Source of the DNA: a virus
Lineage: Duplodnaviria; Caudoviricetes
DNA length: 42,348 nt
Virus record (IMG/VR): IMGVR_UViG_3300032103_000007
Span: 1-42,348 of that record
Strand: one strand, 5' to 3'
In this document: piece by piece, positions 8,112-16,844 of the stretch
How the letters are laid out: the number at the start of each line of letters is the position of its first letter
Numbering within the stretch: the stretch's first letter is position 1
Program-made: the position numbers and the translations under genes
Notes under the pieces: model-generated
What the model was told of the DNA's origin: nothing
Seen by the model: only the letters and a program-made list of their open reading frames with translations
Databases searched by the model: none

Positions 8112-8355
8112 GGAGTTCAAGCAGACGTACGGCTTTACTTATGTGAAGTTCTCCAACTACTTGCGAGGACACTTCTACTTCGAGGGTAACTGCGACGGCC
8201 AGCGACTAGTCGTAAGGGTACGTCCCCGAGAACTCCAAGAGATCGACGTGTTTCCTATCCGTCTATCGGAGCTTCCGGGCGTAGTGTACGGGGTGCTGCA
8301 AGACAGCAACTACGCGACTCTAGTGGAGACGGCTAATGAGTATCAAGCCCCCTAA
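8098..8355 (+). CDS. hypothetical protein
   Basis: 85-aa ORF overlapping both neighbours. Confidence 0.6.
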   Translation: MITVKEFKQTYGFTYVKFSNYLRGHFYFEGNCDGQRLVVRVRPRELQEIDVFPIRLSELPGVVYGVLQDSNYATLVETANEYQAP

Positions 8356-8518
8356 GCTCCGTAACCCAGTAGCCAAGGCTATGCACGAATACACTAAGCC
8401 TTCGCGCTTTCGTGACAAGAAGAAGGACGAGAAGCTGGGACGGCGGGATCACCCGCTGCACCAGCCATACGAACGAGATACTAACTGGAGGAGCAGACTT
8501 GATGACGAGCTTGAATGA
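8336..8518 (+). CDS. small basic protein with RNPVAK motif
   Basis: GGAG RBS; RNPVAKAM...FRDKKK pattern typical of small phage proteins. Confidence 0.65.
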   Translation: MSIKPPKLRNPVAKAMHEYTKPSRFRDKKKDEKLGRRDHPLHQPYERDTNWRSRLDDELE

Positions 8519-8843
8519 CACGACGGTAATCCTAGCACCACTACGTAAGGGGGAGATCGTAGAGGCTAAGCGATCAGGTGACTGGTGTACCCTAGTATTC
8601 AATACACCGATCTCAGTCAACGCTGACGGCAAGAGCCTGCTAGCTAGGATCAAAGTAGCTCTCGATATCCTACGTTACGGCTACTCAGATCTACCGCAGC
8701 AGAAGGTCATGCTAGTCCTACATCACACGTACGCCTCCGAGCTTAACGATCTTCTGATAGAAGGCATCTACTATACTCCTGAAGGAGAGTTCAAAGGTGA
8801 GCGATACACTTACCAAGATTCGGAAGCTGACCCCGCTCCTTGA
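8502..8843 (+). CDS. hypothetical protein
   Basis: GGAGG RBS before ATG 8502 (MTSLNDTT...). Confidence 0.6.
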   Translation: MTSLNDTTVILAPLRKGEIVEAKRSGDWCTLVFNTPISVNADGKSLLARIKVALDILRYGYSDLPQQKVMLVLHHTYASELNDLLIEGIYYTPEGEFKGERYTYQDSEADPAP

Positions 8844-9594
8844 CTGCGATCTGATTGTATACCGTGTAGGCTTCGCTGCCGAGAAAGACGAGCCGATCGA
8901 GAACGTACTGCACTCCGTCAAGATGGTAGTAGCTAACGCTCTTGCTCCGTTTGATAGTCCGGCAGAGCTATACATCAGCGGTAACGGTAACTTCCGTAAC
9001 GAGATTGCTAAAACTAAACCTTACAAGGGTAACAGACTTGACACACCTAAGCCTCAGTACTATAATGAGATTAGGGAGTACTTGCTCAAGTACCACAAGG
9101 CAATCCCTACTGACGGCATTGAGCCTGACGATATGCAGGGCATTCGACAGTACGAACTGAAGGGCAAGAGCTGTATCATCTCTATCGACAAAGACATGAA
9201 GATGATCAAGGGCTGGCACTACAACTTCGTCAAGGGCGAAGCCAAGTTCATCGACGGGCTTACTGCCGAGCGATGGTTCTTTACTCAGCTACTTACTGGC
9301 GATCCTACGGACAACATTCAGGGCGTGCCTAAGATTGGTCCTAAGACTACAGAGAAGCTGCTAGACGAAAGTGATAACCCTGACGGATGGTTCGAGGTAT
9401 GTAAGCGCGAATACCGTCGCTACTATGGAGAAGACGAATGGCAAAGCAAACTAAGCGAAATGGCTCAGCTACTGTGGATTCTAAGGAAGCGCGACAGCAC
9501 GTGTCCTTGGATCCTCACCAAATCCTCCCCGGCTGTCCTAAGTGCGCCTCCTACGGAGTCCCTCTCACCAGAACAGCCTACGGCTGGCGAGTAA
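8797..9594 (+). CDS. 5'-3' exonuclease (T7 gp6/FEN-like)
   Basis: LLDCDLIVY, NFRNEI..YKGNR, IEPDD, SIDKDM, LTGDPTDNIQGVPKIGPKT (H3TH). Confidence 0.92.
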   Translation: MSDTLTKIRKLTPLLDCDLIVYRVGFAAEKDEPIENVLHSVKMVVANALAPFDSPAELYISGNGNFRNEIAKTKPYKGNRLDTPKPQYYNEIREYLLKYHKAIPTDGIEPDDMQGIRQYELKGKSCIISIDKDMKMIKGWHYNFVKGEAKFIDGLTAERWFFTQLLTGDPTDNIQGVPKIGPKTTEKLLDESDNPDGWFEVCKREYRRYYGEDEWQSKLSEMAQLLWILRKRDSTCPWILTKSSPAVLSAPPTESLSPEQPTAGE

Positions 9595-9779
9595 CTGACG
9601 AAGCCTTTGACGACTTAGTTCACAGCCTGAACTCAGATACGCAGAAGATCTTTATGGACTGCTTCGGAGTTAACACGCGAGACTCGGCGGGCTGGTATCC
9701 GGTAGATGTGGAGCGTGCGCTGTACAACATGGAACGTGTGATGGCTGGTAAGCCGGAGGACAACAGTGACTGGGATTAA
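9501..9779 (+). CDS. hypothetical protein with CxxC
   Basis: Likely GTG start at 9501 after AAGGAAG; CPKC; overlaps the exonuclease tail. Confidence 0.55.
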   Translation: MSLDPHQILPGCPKCASYGVPLTRTAYGWRVTDEAFDDLVHSLNSDTQKIFMDCFGVNTRDSAGWYPVDVERALYNMERVMAGKPEDNSDWD

Positions 9780-10473
9780 CTTCAAGACGCTAGCCGATAT
9801 GCGTATCGAGCTAGTAGCTCATACGGCAGTGAAAGCTGAGAACGAGGCACTCAAGTATCTCGAACATGCTGACAGCTTCCCGGTATCCGCAGCCCGTGTA
9901 TCACACGGACGAGAGGACAAGACTGGAGACGATCCAGAGAAGGATCTAAAGCTGATGCGGTTCCTAGCGGAGCACAAGCACTTCTCTCCGTTCGAGCATC
10001 AGTCAGCTACGTTCCTCGTCGAAGCTCCTCTATATGTGGCACGGGAGTGGATGAGGCATCGCACCGGGCAGTTTAACGAGATTAGTATGAGGTATACCAG
10101 CGATCCTTCGGACACGTACTACATCCCCGGTACGTTCCGCGCCCAGGCGGCTAAAAACAAGCAGGCTAGCGAGGGTGAGGTTGAGTCGCAGGACGAAGCA
10201 GCACAGTACTACAAAGACTCCTTAGAGTTCGCAAAGCGCAGCTACGACGCTCTGCTCACTCTCGGCGTGGCGCGCGAACTTGCGCGAGGGGTCTTGCCGA
10301 CTTGCATGGTTACTCGCTTCTACTGTACGTTTAATCTGCGCAACTGGGCACACTGGTACAAGCTACGCATTGATCCGGGGGCGCAGCTAGAGATCCGTCA
10401 CTACGCTAACGAGATCGATCGCCAGCTAGAGGCCCTCTGGCCTACAGCGTGGAAGGTTCTGCGAGATGCCTAA
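9766..10473 (+). CDS. thyX: flavin-dependent thymidylate synthase
   Basis: AARVS, HFSPFEH, REWMRHR...NEISMRY, ARELARGVLP, NLRNW, AQLEIR. Confidence 0.95.
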   Translation: MTGINFKTLADMRIELVAHTAVKAENEALKYLEHADSFPVSAARVSHGREDKTGDDPEKDLKLMRFLAEHKHFSPFEHQSATFLVEAPLYVAREWMRHRTGQFNEISMRYTSDPSDTYYIPGTFRAQAAKNKQASEGEVESQDEAAQYYKDSLEFAKRSYDALLTLGVARELARGVLPTCMVTRFYCTFNLRNWAHWYKLRIDPGAQLEIRHYANEIDRQLEALWPTAWKVLRDA

Positions 10474-10885
10474 GAAGAAAGCACCAGCACCTCCCAAGAA
10501 GATTAGCGACACACGATCAGGCTACGAACGCAAGCTCTGGAAATTCTTACAGAGTAATAACGTAGACTTCAGCTACGAGTCAGCCAGCATCCCGTACAAG
10601 GTTCCGGTTAAGAGCCGTAGGTACACGCCAGACTTCATCCTGTTCAACGGGATCTACGTCGAAGCAAAGGGCAAGCTCGATGCCAAGGCTCGTGAGAAGA
10701 TGCAGCTAGTAGTAGAACAGCATCCAGATCTAGACATCCGCATCCTGCTGATGCGCGACAATAAGATCTCCAAGCAGAGTAAGACTCGCTACTCTGACTG
10801 GTGCCGTAAGGTAGGTATCAAGTATCACGTATCCGAGAACGGCGAGATCCCGTTCGAGTGGATGGAGAATCCTAAGAATGGCTGA
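10466..10885 (+). CDS. T7 endonuclease I-like Holliday junction resolvase
   Basis: RSGYE, YE, YTPDF, VEAKG, QHPDLDIR, YSDWC. Confidence 0.92.
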   Translation: MPKKKAPAPPKKISDTRSGYERKLWKFLQSNNVDFSYESASIPYKVPVKSRRYTPDFILFNGIYVEAKGKLDAKAREKMQLVVEQHPDLDIRILLMRDNKISKQSKTRYSDWCRKVGIKYHVSENGEIPFEWMENPKNG

Positions 10886-11075
10886 GCTATCGCAGTTTAA
10901 GCTGATCCTAACCGAAGCGCCGGATAACGGCATCGAAGTGAAGGCAGCGTTCGAGACGCCGGACGGTGTTATCTACGATCAGGGTAAGGTACCGGCAGCG
11001 CTGGTCATGGGACAACTAGTCCTTAACTTTATCGCTCAGTACGGCGAGACTAAGCAGGAGACAGTAAATCGATGA
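10878..11075 (+). CDS. hypothetical protein
   Basis: 65-aa ORF coupled to its neighbours. Confidence 0.6.
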   Translation: MAELSQFKLILTEAPDNGIEVKAAFETPDGVIYDQGKVPAALVMGQLVLNFIAQYGETKQETVNR

Positions 11076-11281
11076 ACGAGTATGTAGCATTTGTTATCCT
11101 ATGGCTGTACCTGATGGGTGCATTCCTATTCTACCGTACAGCCTACCAGATCGTAGACATGTCTGACGAAGACGGGGCGTTCGCTGTAAACGTGCAGATC
11201 CCTCCTAAGTGGTACCACACAGCCTTCTGGTTCTTCTTTGTTCCGTACTGGCAGTTCACAGGGCAGACTATTGATGAGTAA
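11072..11281 (+). CDS. small membrane protein
   Basis: Hydrophobic N-terminal helix and aromatic C-terminal segment; ATGA overlap. Confidence 0.6.
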   Translation: MNEYVAFVILWLYLMGAFLFYRTAYQIVDMSDEDGAFAVNVQIPPKWYHTAFWFFFVPYWQFTGQTIDE

Positions 11282-12101
11282 AGCTAAGCGTCACTTCATC
11301 ATCCCAGACACGCAGGTAAGTCCGGGCACGCCTATGGCTCACTTCGAGTGGGTGGGCAAAGCAATTGCCCGATACAAGCCTGACGTAGTTATCCACATGG
11401 GGGATCACTGGGACTTTCCTTCTCTCAGTAGCTGGTCTCCTGCCGGATCTATTGACAAGGAAGGAGCCCGATACATCAAGGACGTAGAGGCAGGCAACGA
11501 AGCTCTGCGGATCCTAGAACACTCCATGGGTGACTTCAAACCTAAGCGCAAGATCATTCTACGAGGTAATCATGAACATCGAATGGATCGTACTATTGCT
11601 AACGATCCTCGCCTTGACGGGCTCATGGGTCCTCACAACTTGGTTGACCGGTCGCTGGGCTGGGAAGTCATCGAGTATTTCAATGGAGGCCCTCGCGCTA
11701 TCGTTGTGGATGGAATTACGTACGCGCACTATTTCTCCAACCCAAATACAGGTCGTCCAATCGGAGGGACAGCCCACCACAAGCTCTCTGCAATTGGAGT
11801 TCCTTATGTTCAAGGGCACGTTCAGGGCTACGATATCGGGTCTAAGCAGCTTGCCGCCGGGAAAGTCATTAGAGGAATTGTCGCGGGCTCTTGCTATCTC
11901 CATGACGAGCCGTACAAAGGTATGGCAAATTCCCATTGGCGAGGAGTTGTCGTACTCAACGCCGTACGGGACGGTGACTTTAGTGAGATGCCTCTAGACA
12001 TGAACTACCTGTGTGAGGAGTACGAAGGTATGTCCCTTGCGCGATTCCTCCAGCGTAACTACAAGCGTGCCAAAGAACGCTTTAGCCTAGCCCACAACTA
12101 A
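11274..12101 (+). CDS. calcineurin-like metallophosphoesterase
   Basis: PDTQ, MGDHWD, RGNHE, AHY, GHVQ motifs. Confidence 0.88.
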   Translation: MSKAKRHFIIPDTQVSPGTPMAHFEWVGKAIARYKPDVVIHMGDHWDFPSLSSWSPAGSIDKEGARYIKDVEAGNEALRILEHSMGDFKPKRKIILRGNHEHRMDRTIANDPRLDGLMGPHNLVDRSLGWEVIEYFNGGPRAIVVDGITYAHYFSNPNTGRPIGGTAHHKLSAIGVPYVQGHVQGYDIGSKQLAAGKVIRGIVAGSCYLHDEPYKGMANSHWRGVVVLNAVRDGDFSEMPLDMNYLCEEYEGMSLARFLQRNYKRAKERFSLAHN

Positions 12102-12113
12102 CAAGGTAGCTAG

Positions 12114-12302
12114 ATGCTAGTCCAAGATCGACGAATCATGACCGACCGACTGTACGCTAACGCGGTGTCTAAGTTTCTAGCCGGTAACAAAGTAGAAGCC
12201 GTAGATATCATCAAGCGTGCGTTCCCTCCGAGCACTGACGTGACTCCTCATATTCGCTCCGCTCTTGGCGGGCACTACGTACCGAGCAAGAGGAGAACTT
12301 AA
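12114..12302 (+). CDS. hypothetical protein
   Basis: 62-aa ORF in the operon. Confidence 0.5.
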   Translation: MLVQDRRIMTDRLYANAVSKFLAGNKVEAVDIIKRAFPPSTDVTPHIRSALGGHYVPSKRRT

Positions 12303-12304
12303 CT

Positions 12305-12550
12305 ATGGACTGGGGTGATGATCTACCAGCACGTAGCACACACAGAGCAAAGCTGCTGCTTGAGCGGGCTCTAGACAAAGCGGTACTGCTAGACACAGAA
12401 CGTAGTAGCCAGATCACTGACACACTGATCATGCTGCTGACTGAGATCGAACAGCTACTAAACGGAGACGAGCCGTTCGACGGCGAAGAGCCTCCAGAGC
12501 AACTAGAACTAGACTTTGGAGATGACGAAGATGAGCTGGATGTTAAGTAA
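12305..12550 (+). CDS. hypothetical protein with acidic C-terminus
   Basis: AGGAGA RBS; D/E-rich tail. Confidence 0.65.
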   Translation: MDWGDDLPARSTHRAKLLLERALDKAVLLDTERSSQITDTLIMLLTEIEQLLNGDEPFDGEEPPEQLELDFGDDEDELDVK

Positions 12551-12764
12551 CTCAGAAGATACTCCTCTGCTAGCACAGATCAAGAATGCCGTAGCTATTG
12601 AGTACGTTCCGGTAAGCGAGTACTGTGAGGTCGGAAAGCTAAACGTCTTACTGCGTAAGAAAGATAGCTTCGAGTGGGTCGATGTGGAGGATGCTATTCC
12701 GATTGACTCGGAGCGAGAGTATCCGCAAGAGACCGCTACCAAGGTAGCTGCAATCAAGCGTTAA
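12516..12764 (+). CDS. hypothetical protein (start may be 12540)
   Basis: Last + strand ORF, stop abuts the terminator. Confidence 0.55.
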   Translation: MEMTKMSWMLSNSEDTPLLAQIKNAVAIEYVPVSEYCEVGKLNVLLRKKDSFEWVDVEDAIPIDSEREYPQETATKVAAIKR

Positions 12765-12808
12765 ACAAAGCGCCCCGCCAGAGCAATCTAGCGGGGCGTT
12801 TTTCTTTT
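12763..12808. terminator. bidirectional rho-independent terminator between the two genome arms
   Basis: AAACAAAG-CGCCCCGC-CAGA-GCAA-TCTA-GCGGGGCG-TTTTTCTTTT between convergent stops. Confidence 0.9.
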
Positions 12809-13070
12809 AGTCCTTCTTTCTCGTGGCCTCGAAGCACTCGGTCAGGAACTGGTGCTTAAGCTGGCACACTCGATACTCAGTTACCCATTCATTCGATCTA
12901 GTCTTCAGCTCCCCCGCGCTTGGATTCCTTAGAGGATTTAGCGGAGAGCAGGGCTCCAACACCACCGTCGGGCACACCACGTTGGGTTTCGGAGACGGCA
13001 TCATTGAACAGGCGGAACTCATCGTCGCTAAGATCGCAAGCAGGATTAGTGTTGACAGTCTGGTTTGCAT
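12807..13070 (-). CDS. o-spanin (Rz1-like lipoprotein)
   Basis: MQTRLSTLILLAILATMSSA-C lipobox-like signal, Pro-rich linker, overlaps the i-spanin 3' end in another frame. Confidence 0.8.
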   Translation of the reverse strand: MQTRLSTLILLAILATMSSACSMMPSPKPNVVCPTVVLEPCSPLNPLRNPSAGELKTRSNEWVTEYRVCQLKHQFLTECFEATRKKD

Positions 13071-13311
13071 CGATAGCCTCTTGTAGTTTGCGGTTCTGGG
13101 CACGGCTAGCCGCTAGTTCGTTAGACAGAGTAGTTACCTGCCGCTCGATACGTTCAGCGTTATCCGTGATATCTTCCTCTAGTTGCTCTACGGTAGCACT
13201 AGCGTACTTAGCCTCTACGTCAGAGCGACCCTTCATATACACCGCCGTGTGCGTTCCGATTAGCAGAGCTAGGACTAGGCCGTAGCCAATAAGCTTAAAG
13301 GTCTTCGTCAC
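12898..13311 (-). CDS. i-spanin (Rz-like)
   Basis: GTG start overlapping the holin end; N-terminal TM (LIGYGLVLALLIG), coiled coil, CDLSDDEFRLFN. Confidence 0.8.
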   Translation of the reverse strand: MTKTFKLIGYGLVLALLIGTHTAVYMKGRSDVEAKYASATVEQLEEDITDNAERIERQVTTLSNELAASRAQNRKLQEAIDANQTVNTNPACDLSDDEFRLFNDAVSETQRGVPDGGVGALLSAKSSKESKRGGAED

Positions 13312-13678
13312 GGACGGGGGGATTACTAGGTCTGTAGTCACTGGGAGCATTGTAGGTATCCTCGTAGTCGTAGTACCCGGCATCTCCGGATACCTTGCGC
13401 TTGACACGACTAGCAGCCGCGTCGATTAGGCTGTCTGACATGTAGCCAGCCATGAAAGCAGAAACAGCGGAGAGTTCTCCCATCTCAAATAGCATGGCGT
13501 AAGCTACCAAGCCACCGATCAGGGAGAACGTGACTCCGTAAGAATGCCGCTTAACGTACTTCCTAATCGTGATCCTAGGGTTACGTTCTTCTAGTTCCTT
13601 CACCTTCTTCAGGATGTGGAGAAACTGTCCTGCCCATAACATCAGGAACGGGTGGGTAACTAGAATGTTGATATCCAT
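13295..13678 (-). CDS. putative holin
   Basis: 2-3 hydrophobic helices, charged C-tail, directly upstream of the spanins. Confidence 0.6.
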   Translation of the reverse strand: MDINILVTHPFLMLWAGQFLHILKKVKELEERNPRITIRKYVKRHSYGVTFSLIGGLVAYAMLFEMGELSAVSAFMAGYMSDSLIDAAASRVKRKVSGDAGYYDYEDTYNAPSDYRPSNPPVRDEDL

Positions 13679-14026
13679 TTATAGTCCGATCTTATCTCGC
13701 AGTACTTCCCCCATTACGACTATGACAGTCAGAGCACCTGCAGCTTTCCATCTGAATCTCTCTAGACTCTCGACCCTATCGTACAGCTTAACGCACTCGT
13801 CCTCTAGATCCTTGATCCTACTATGATCGGTCTTCTTACGTTCGTCTAGTAGACGGTTGTTAGCATCGATTCTCTCTGCCAGAGACGCCAGTAATACCGA
13901 CTGAGCACTGACCTTCTCTAGCAAGTCGGCGTAAGAGTCTCGTGCGTGAGCTAGATCTTGGCGTAGATTGCTAAACTGTTCAGTTAGTAGGTACAGAGTC
14001 TTCTCCTCTGATAGTCCAGTAGACAT
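13679..14026 (-). CDS. coiled-coil protein with C-terminal TM (lysis-associated, putative)
   Basis: Heptad pattern then WKAAGALTVIVVMG; next to the holin. Confidence 0.5.
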   Translation of the reverse strand: MSTGLSEEKTLYLLTEQFSNLRQDLAHARDSYADLLEKVSAQSVLLASLAERIDANNRLLDERKKTDHSRIKDLEDECVKLYDRVESLERFRWKAAGALTVIVVMGEVLRDKIGL

Positions 14027-14043
14027 TACTTGACGCTCCCTTA

Positions 14044-14346
14044 TTACACGTAGTTGATGTACTTAAACGTGGCTTCGTATCTAACTCCTGCCCGCTCGAT
14101 ATCCTCGATGAATGCTAGGCGGGTATGATTCCCGCGATCTCGATAGTAGAACAGCACTTCCGCTAGGAAGCGGACTACTCTCCAGACAGTACGCACTGGG
14201 CGTCCTTCTTTGTAGGCTATCTCCGTCTCGAAGTAGCTACGTCCCGACAGCGATTCGTCGGGATTGCCATTAAAGAACCAGGCATTCAGCAGTTGACTGA
14301 GCGCGTCGCCTTTCTTCTGGCCCTTAGGTCGAGTGTCCCACGTCAT
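14044..14346 (-). CDS. conserved phage hypothetical protein
   Basis: ATG 14346 right after the upstream stop; SQLLNAWFFNGNPDESLSGR motif. Confidence 0.6.
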   Translation of the reverse strand: MTWDTRPKGQKKGDALSQLLNAWFFNGNPDESLSGRSYFETEIAYKEGRPVRTVWRVVRFLAEVLFYYRDRGNHTRLAFIEDIERAGVRYEATFKYINYV

Positions 14347-14348
14347 AG

Positions 14349-15095
14349 TTACGGAGCTACGTAGAAGCCGGCAGTCGCGCGCCAGATAACGCCCGTAGTG
14401 GCAGGACACACGATGGTCGTGACGGTGTTCACCGCCGAGGCTGCGATCGGGAAGGCGAAGTCTTCACGCCAGCGGTCGAGCGTACCTTGTAGGGCCGCGT
14501 CTGCAGCGAATGAGAATGCTAGGGGGCCTGGAAGATTGGTGGTAGTGATTGTCACAGGAGCAGTGCCGGCAGTGAGAGCTGCAGTAGCGAACCTGTCGAT
14601 TGACAGATAGGTTAGGTAGTGACGCAAGCCTGCGCCCGGAGATGCGAGCGTGAGGGTTACAGCAGCGCCAGCGGTACTTACAGTCGTGCCTACGCCTGCA
14701 GTGAGGCGAGCACCTAGCACGGTAGGCAGGATACCGTTAACAGCTAGTAGGGTAGTGACGGCAGCACCCGAGGTGTACGCACTCATACGTACGCGAATGC
14801 GATCAAAGCCTACGCACTCTCCAACAAATGTACCCGCCGTGGTTACGTTTAGCTGCAGCAGTAGAGACGCGGCATTCACCGGCTTTACTGGAATTGCCTG
14901 CCAGTTAGTGCCGTCAACAGTACCTTCGAGTACTAGAGTACCTACGAAAGTACCGCGAGTATCTAGGGTAAAAGTAGAGCACCCGTCTACATCTAGCAGT
15001 AGTTCGGCGTTGACAGACGCAAGAGATCCAGTAACTAGGAAGTTCTCTCTAGGATGCTGGGTTCCTAGCTTTCTGTTAGTTGATAGCTTTGCCAT
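14349..15095 (-). CDS. virion structural protein (beta-rich, fibre/spike-associated)
   Basis: T/A/G-rich; GTFVGTLVLEGTVDGTNW beta-sandwich pattern. Confidence 0.55.
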   Translation of the reverse strand: MAKLSTNRKLGTQHPRENFLVTGSLASVNAELLLDVDGCSTFTLDTRGTFVGTLVLEGTVDGTNWQAIPVKPVNAASLLLQLNVTTAGTFVGECVGFDRIRVRMSAYTSGAAVTTLLAVNGILPTVLGARLTAGVGTTVSTAGAAVTLTLASPGAGLRHYLTYLSIDRFATAALTAGTAPVTITTTNLPGPLAFSFAADAALQGTLDRWREDFAFPIAASAVNTVTTIVCPATTGVIWRATAGFYVAP

Positions 15096-15640
15096 TAGAA
15101 TGCGCTCCAGTTAACCAGCACAGGGCCGGATGTTAGTGTTGAAAATGTCACGCCTACCTCAATTGAATCTGTTGACGGTACCGCCCATAGTGACACAAGG
15201 TCTAGTAGTTCCGGCTCGTTCTCTTCAGTAGAAGCTACCCCGGCCAGTCTCACATCTACGTGCATAGAGCTAGTGACTCCTGTGGTGGAGAACGTCTGTG
15301 TGTGGGATAGAGTTCCACTGCCGTCGCCTAGCGTTAGAGTGACTTGTCCCTTAAGAATGGTTGTGCCGCCACCTTCCCCCGGAGGACCTTGGATTCCTTG
15401 CGGACCTTGTGGCCCTGCTAGTCCCATCAATCCTTGAGACCCCTGAGGGCCTGCCGGGCCGGCTACACCTTGAGGGCCCTGAGGACCCGTTGCTCCCGCT
15501 GGACCGGTAGCTCCTGTAGGTCCTGCTGGACCTGCGACTCCCTGCGCTGCTAGCTCCGCTAGGCGGGCAAGGATCTTGTTTAGCTGGGCTCGCTCGACGT
15601 CAGGGTTACTAGACTTAACTAGTACGTACGGATCTGCCAT
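15095..15640 (-). CDS. collagen-like fibre protein
   Basis: About 18 Gly-X-Y triplets ([13 protein letters not shown]...[10 protein letters not shown]). Confidence 0.8.
   Translation of the reverse strand: MADPYVLVKSSNPDVERAQLNKILARLAELAAQGVAGPAGPTGATGPAGATGPQGPQGVAGPAGPQGSQGLMGLAGPQGPQGIQGPPGEGGGTTILKGQVTLTLGDGSGTLSHTQTFSTTGVTSSMHVDVRLAGVASTEENEPELLDLVSLWAVPSTDSIEVGVTFSTLTSGPVLVNWSAF
15376..15542 (-). repeat. Gly-X-Y collagen coding repeat
   Basis: 9-nt periodicity encoding GPQ/GPA/GAT. Confidence 0.8.
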
Positions 15641-15642
15641 AG

Positions 15643-16842
15643 TTAGCGGCCCTTAGCTGAGGGAACGTCTACTTTATCTTCCTCTACTACTGGATTACCT
15701 ACAGTCACAGTACCGCCGCCTCTACCGAACACAGCGTCACCTAGTCCCGGTACTCCGATGTTGATGATCTCTCGTACAGGATTCTGTCTCCACGCATTGC
15801 CGTAAGACCTAGCTTCGTTAGCAATGACTCCTCCAGCCTTGTCTAGCAGAGCTTTGATTCTCTGAAGAATAGAGACCTTCTCCGGCATCGGAGTAGCTGG
15901 ATCCGCAGCCTTGTCAATGTCAGCGTCAATCTCAGCACGCTGTTCCGGAGTCACGCTGTTGTAGATGTTAGCTACCTGCTGGGCAAACGCCTCAGCTTCG
16001 GCTGGGGACGAAGGCTGAATAGCATTCATGACTCGGTTAAAGTCCTGCTGAGATAGGCGGCTGCCGGCGCTCCACCAGTTAGTCCACGGCGCTCTAGCCT
16101 GCACTACGTTACCTAGCTTCTCCATACCAGAAGACTGGCCGGGGCGTACCGGATCAGACGGACGAATCACAGGTACCACTGGGTTAGTAGGATTGACAGG
16201 CTGCGTAGGTTCACTAGGCTGGGCTGGAGTGACTACTGGCTTAGTAGGTACTACAACAGGAGCCTCTGGCTGCTGGGTCTGCTGAGGAGACGAGATAGCC
16301 GCTAGGCGGGAGCGCCAGTAGTCCAGAGACGAATTGCCACTAGGACCGAACTGAGTGCCCATTGAGGACGTATCGATAGCGAAGCGCGGAAGCCACTGGC
16401 CCATGGTCGTACGCTTGTCTACGGGAGCCTCAGGCTGCGTTACAGTCGGACGCAGGTATTCGCCGGGAATGCTAGGACCTACTACCCCCGGACTAGTGTC
16501 CGGACCACCTACCGATACCGGGTTAGGCTTGATGATAGGAGCGGCCGATCCTCCCGCAGTAACCGGGAGTTTAGTCATGGGCGTAGGCTCTAGCGATGCC
16601 CCACCTACAGGAGTGCCCGGCCCTGGAGCTACGTACCTTTCCGGGGATTTAATGGGCCGAACAAACGTGGGAGTAACAGCATCAGTAGGATTATAGACAG
16701 GATCTAGAGGACTATCTGGAATAGTCTCGTAGTTGCTGAACCCTTCAAATGCAGCCGGCTTTCGCGGCTGATTGTAGATGGTATTCGGATTGCCGTTGTT
16801 CGGAGTTACCGGGGTATTCTGGTTGTTGAACTGTGGTAGCAT
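15643..16842 (-). CDS. Pro-rich, likely disordered virion protein
   Basis: P/T/V-rich N-terminal ~240 aa, helical C-terminus; follows the large ejection protein. Confidence 0.6.
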   Translation of the reverse strand: MLPQFNNQNTPVTPNNGNPNTIYNQPRKPAAFEGFSNYETIPDSPLDPVYNPTDAVTPTFVRPIKSPERYVAPGPGTPVGGASLEPTPMTKLPVTAGGSAAPIIKPNPVSVGGPDTSPGVVGPSIPGEYLRPTVTQPEAPVDKRTTMGQWLPRFAIDTSSMGTQFGPSGNSSLDYWRSRLAAISSPQQTQQPEAPVVVPTKPVVTPAQPSEPTQPVNPTNPVVPVIRPSDPVRPGQSSGMEKLGNVVQARAPWTNWWSAGSRLSQQDFNRVMNAIQPSSPAEAEAFAQQVANIYNSVTPEQRAEIDADIDKAADPATPMPEKVSILQRIKALLDKAGGVIANEARSYGNAWRQNPVREIINIGVPGLGDAVFGRGGGTVTVGNPVVEEDKVDVPSAKGR

Positions 16843-16844
16843 GA

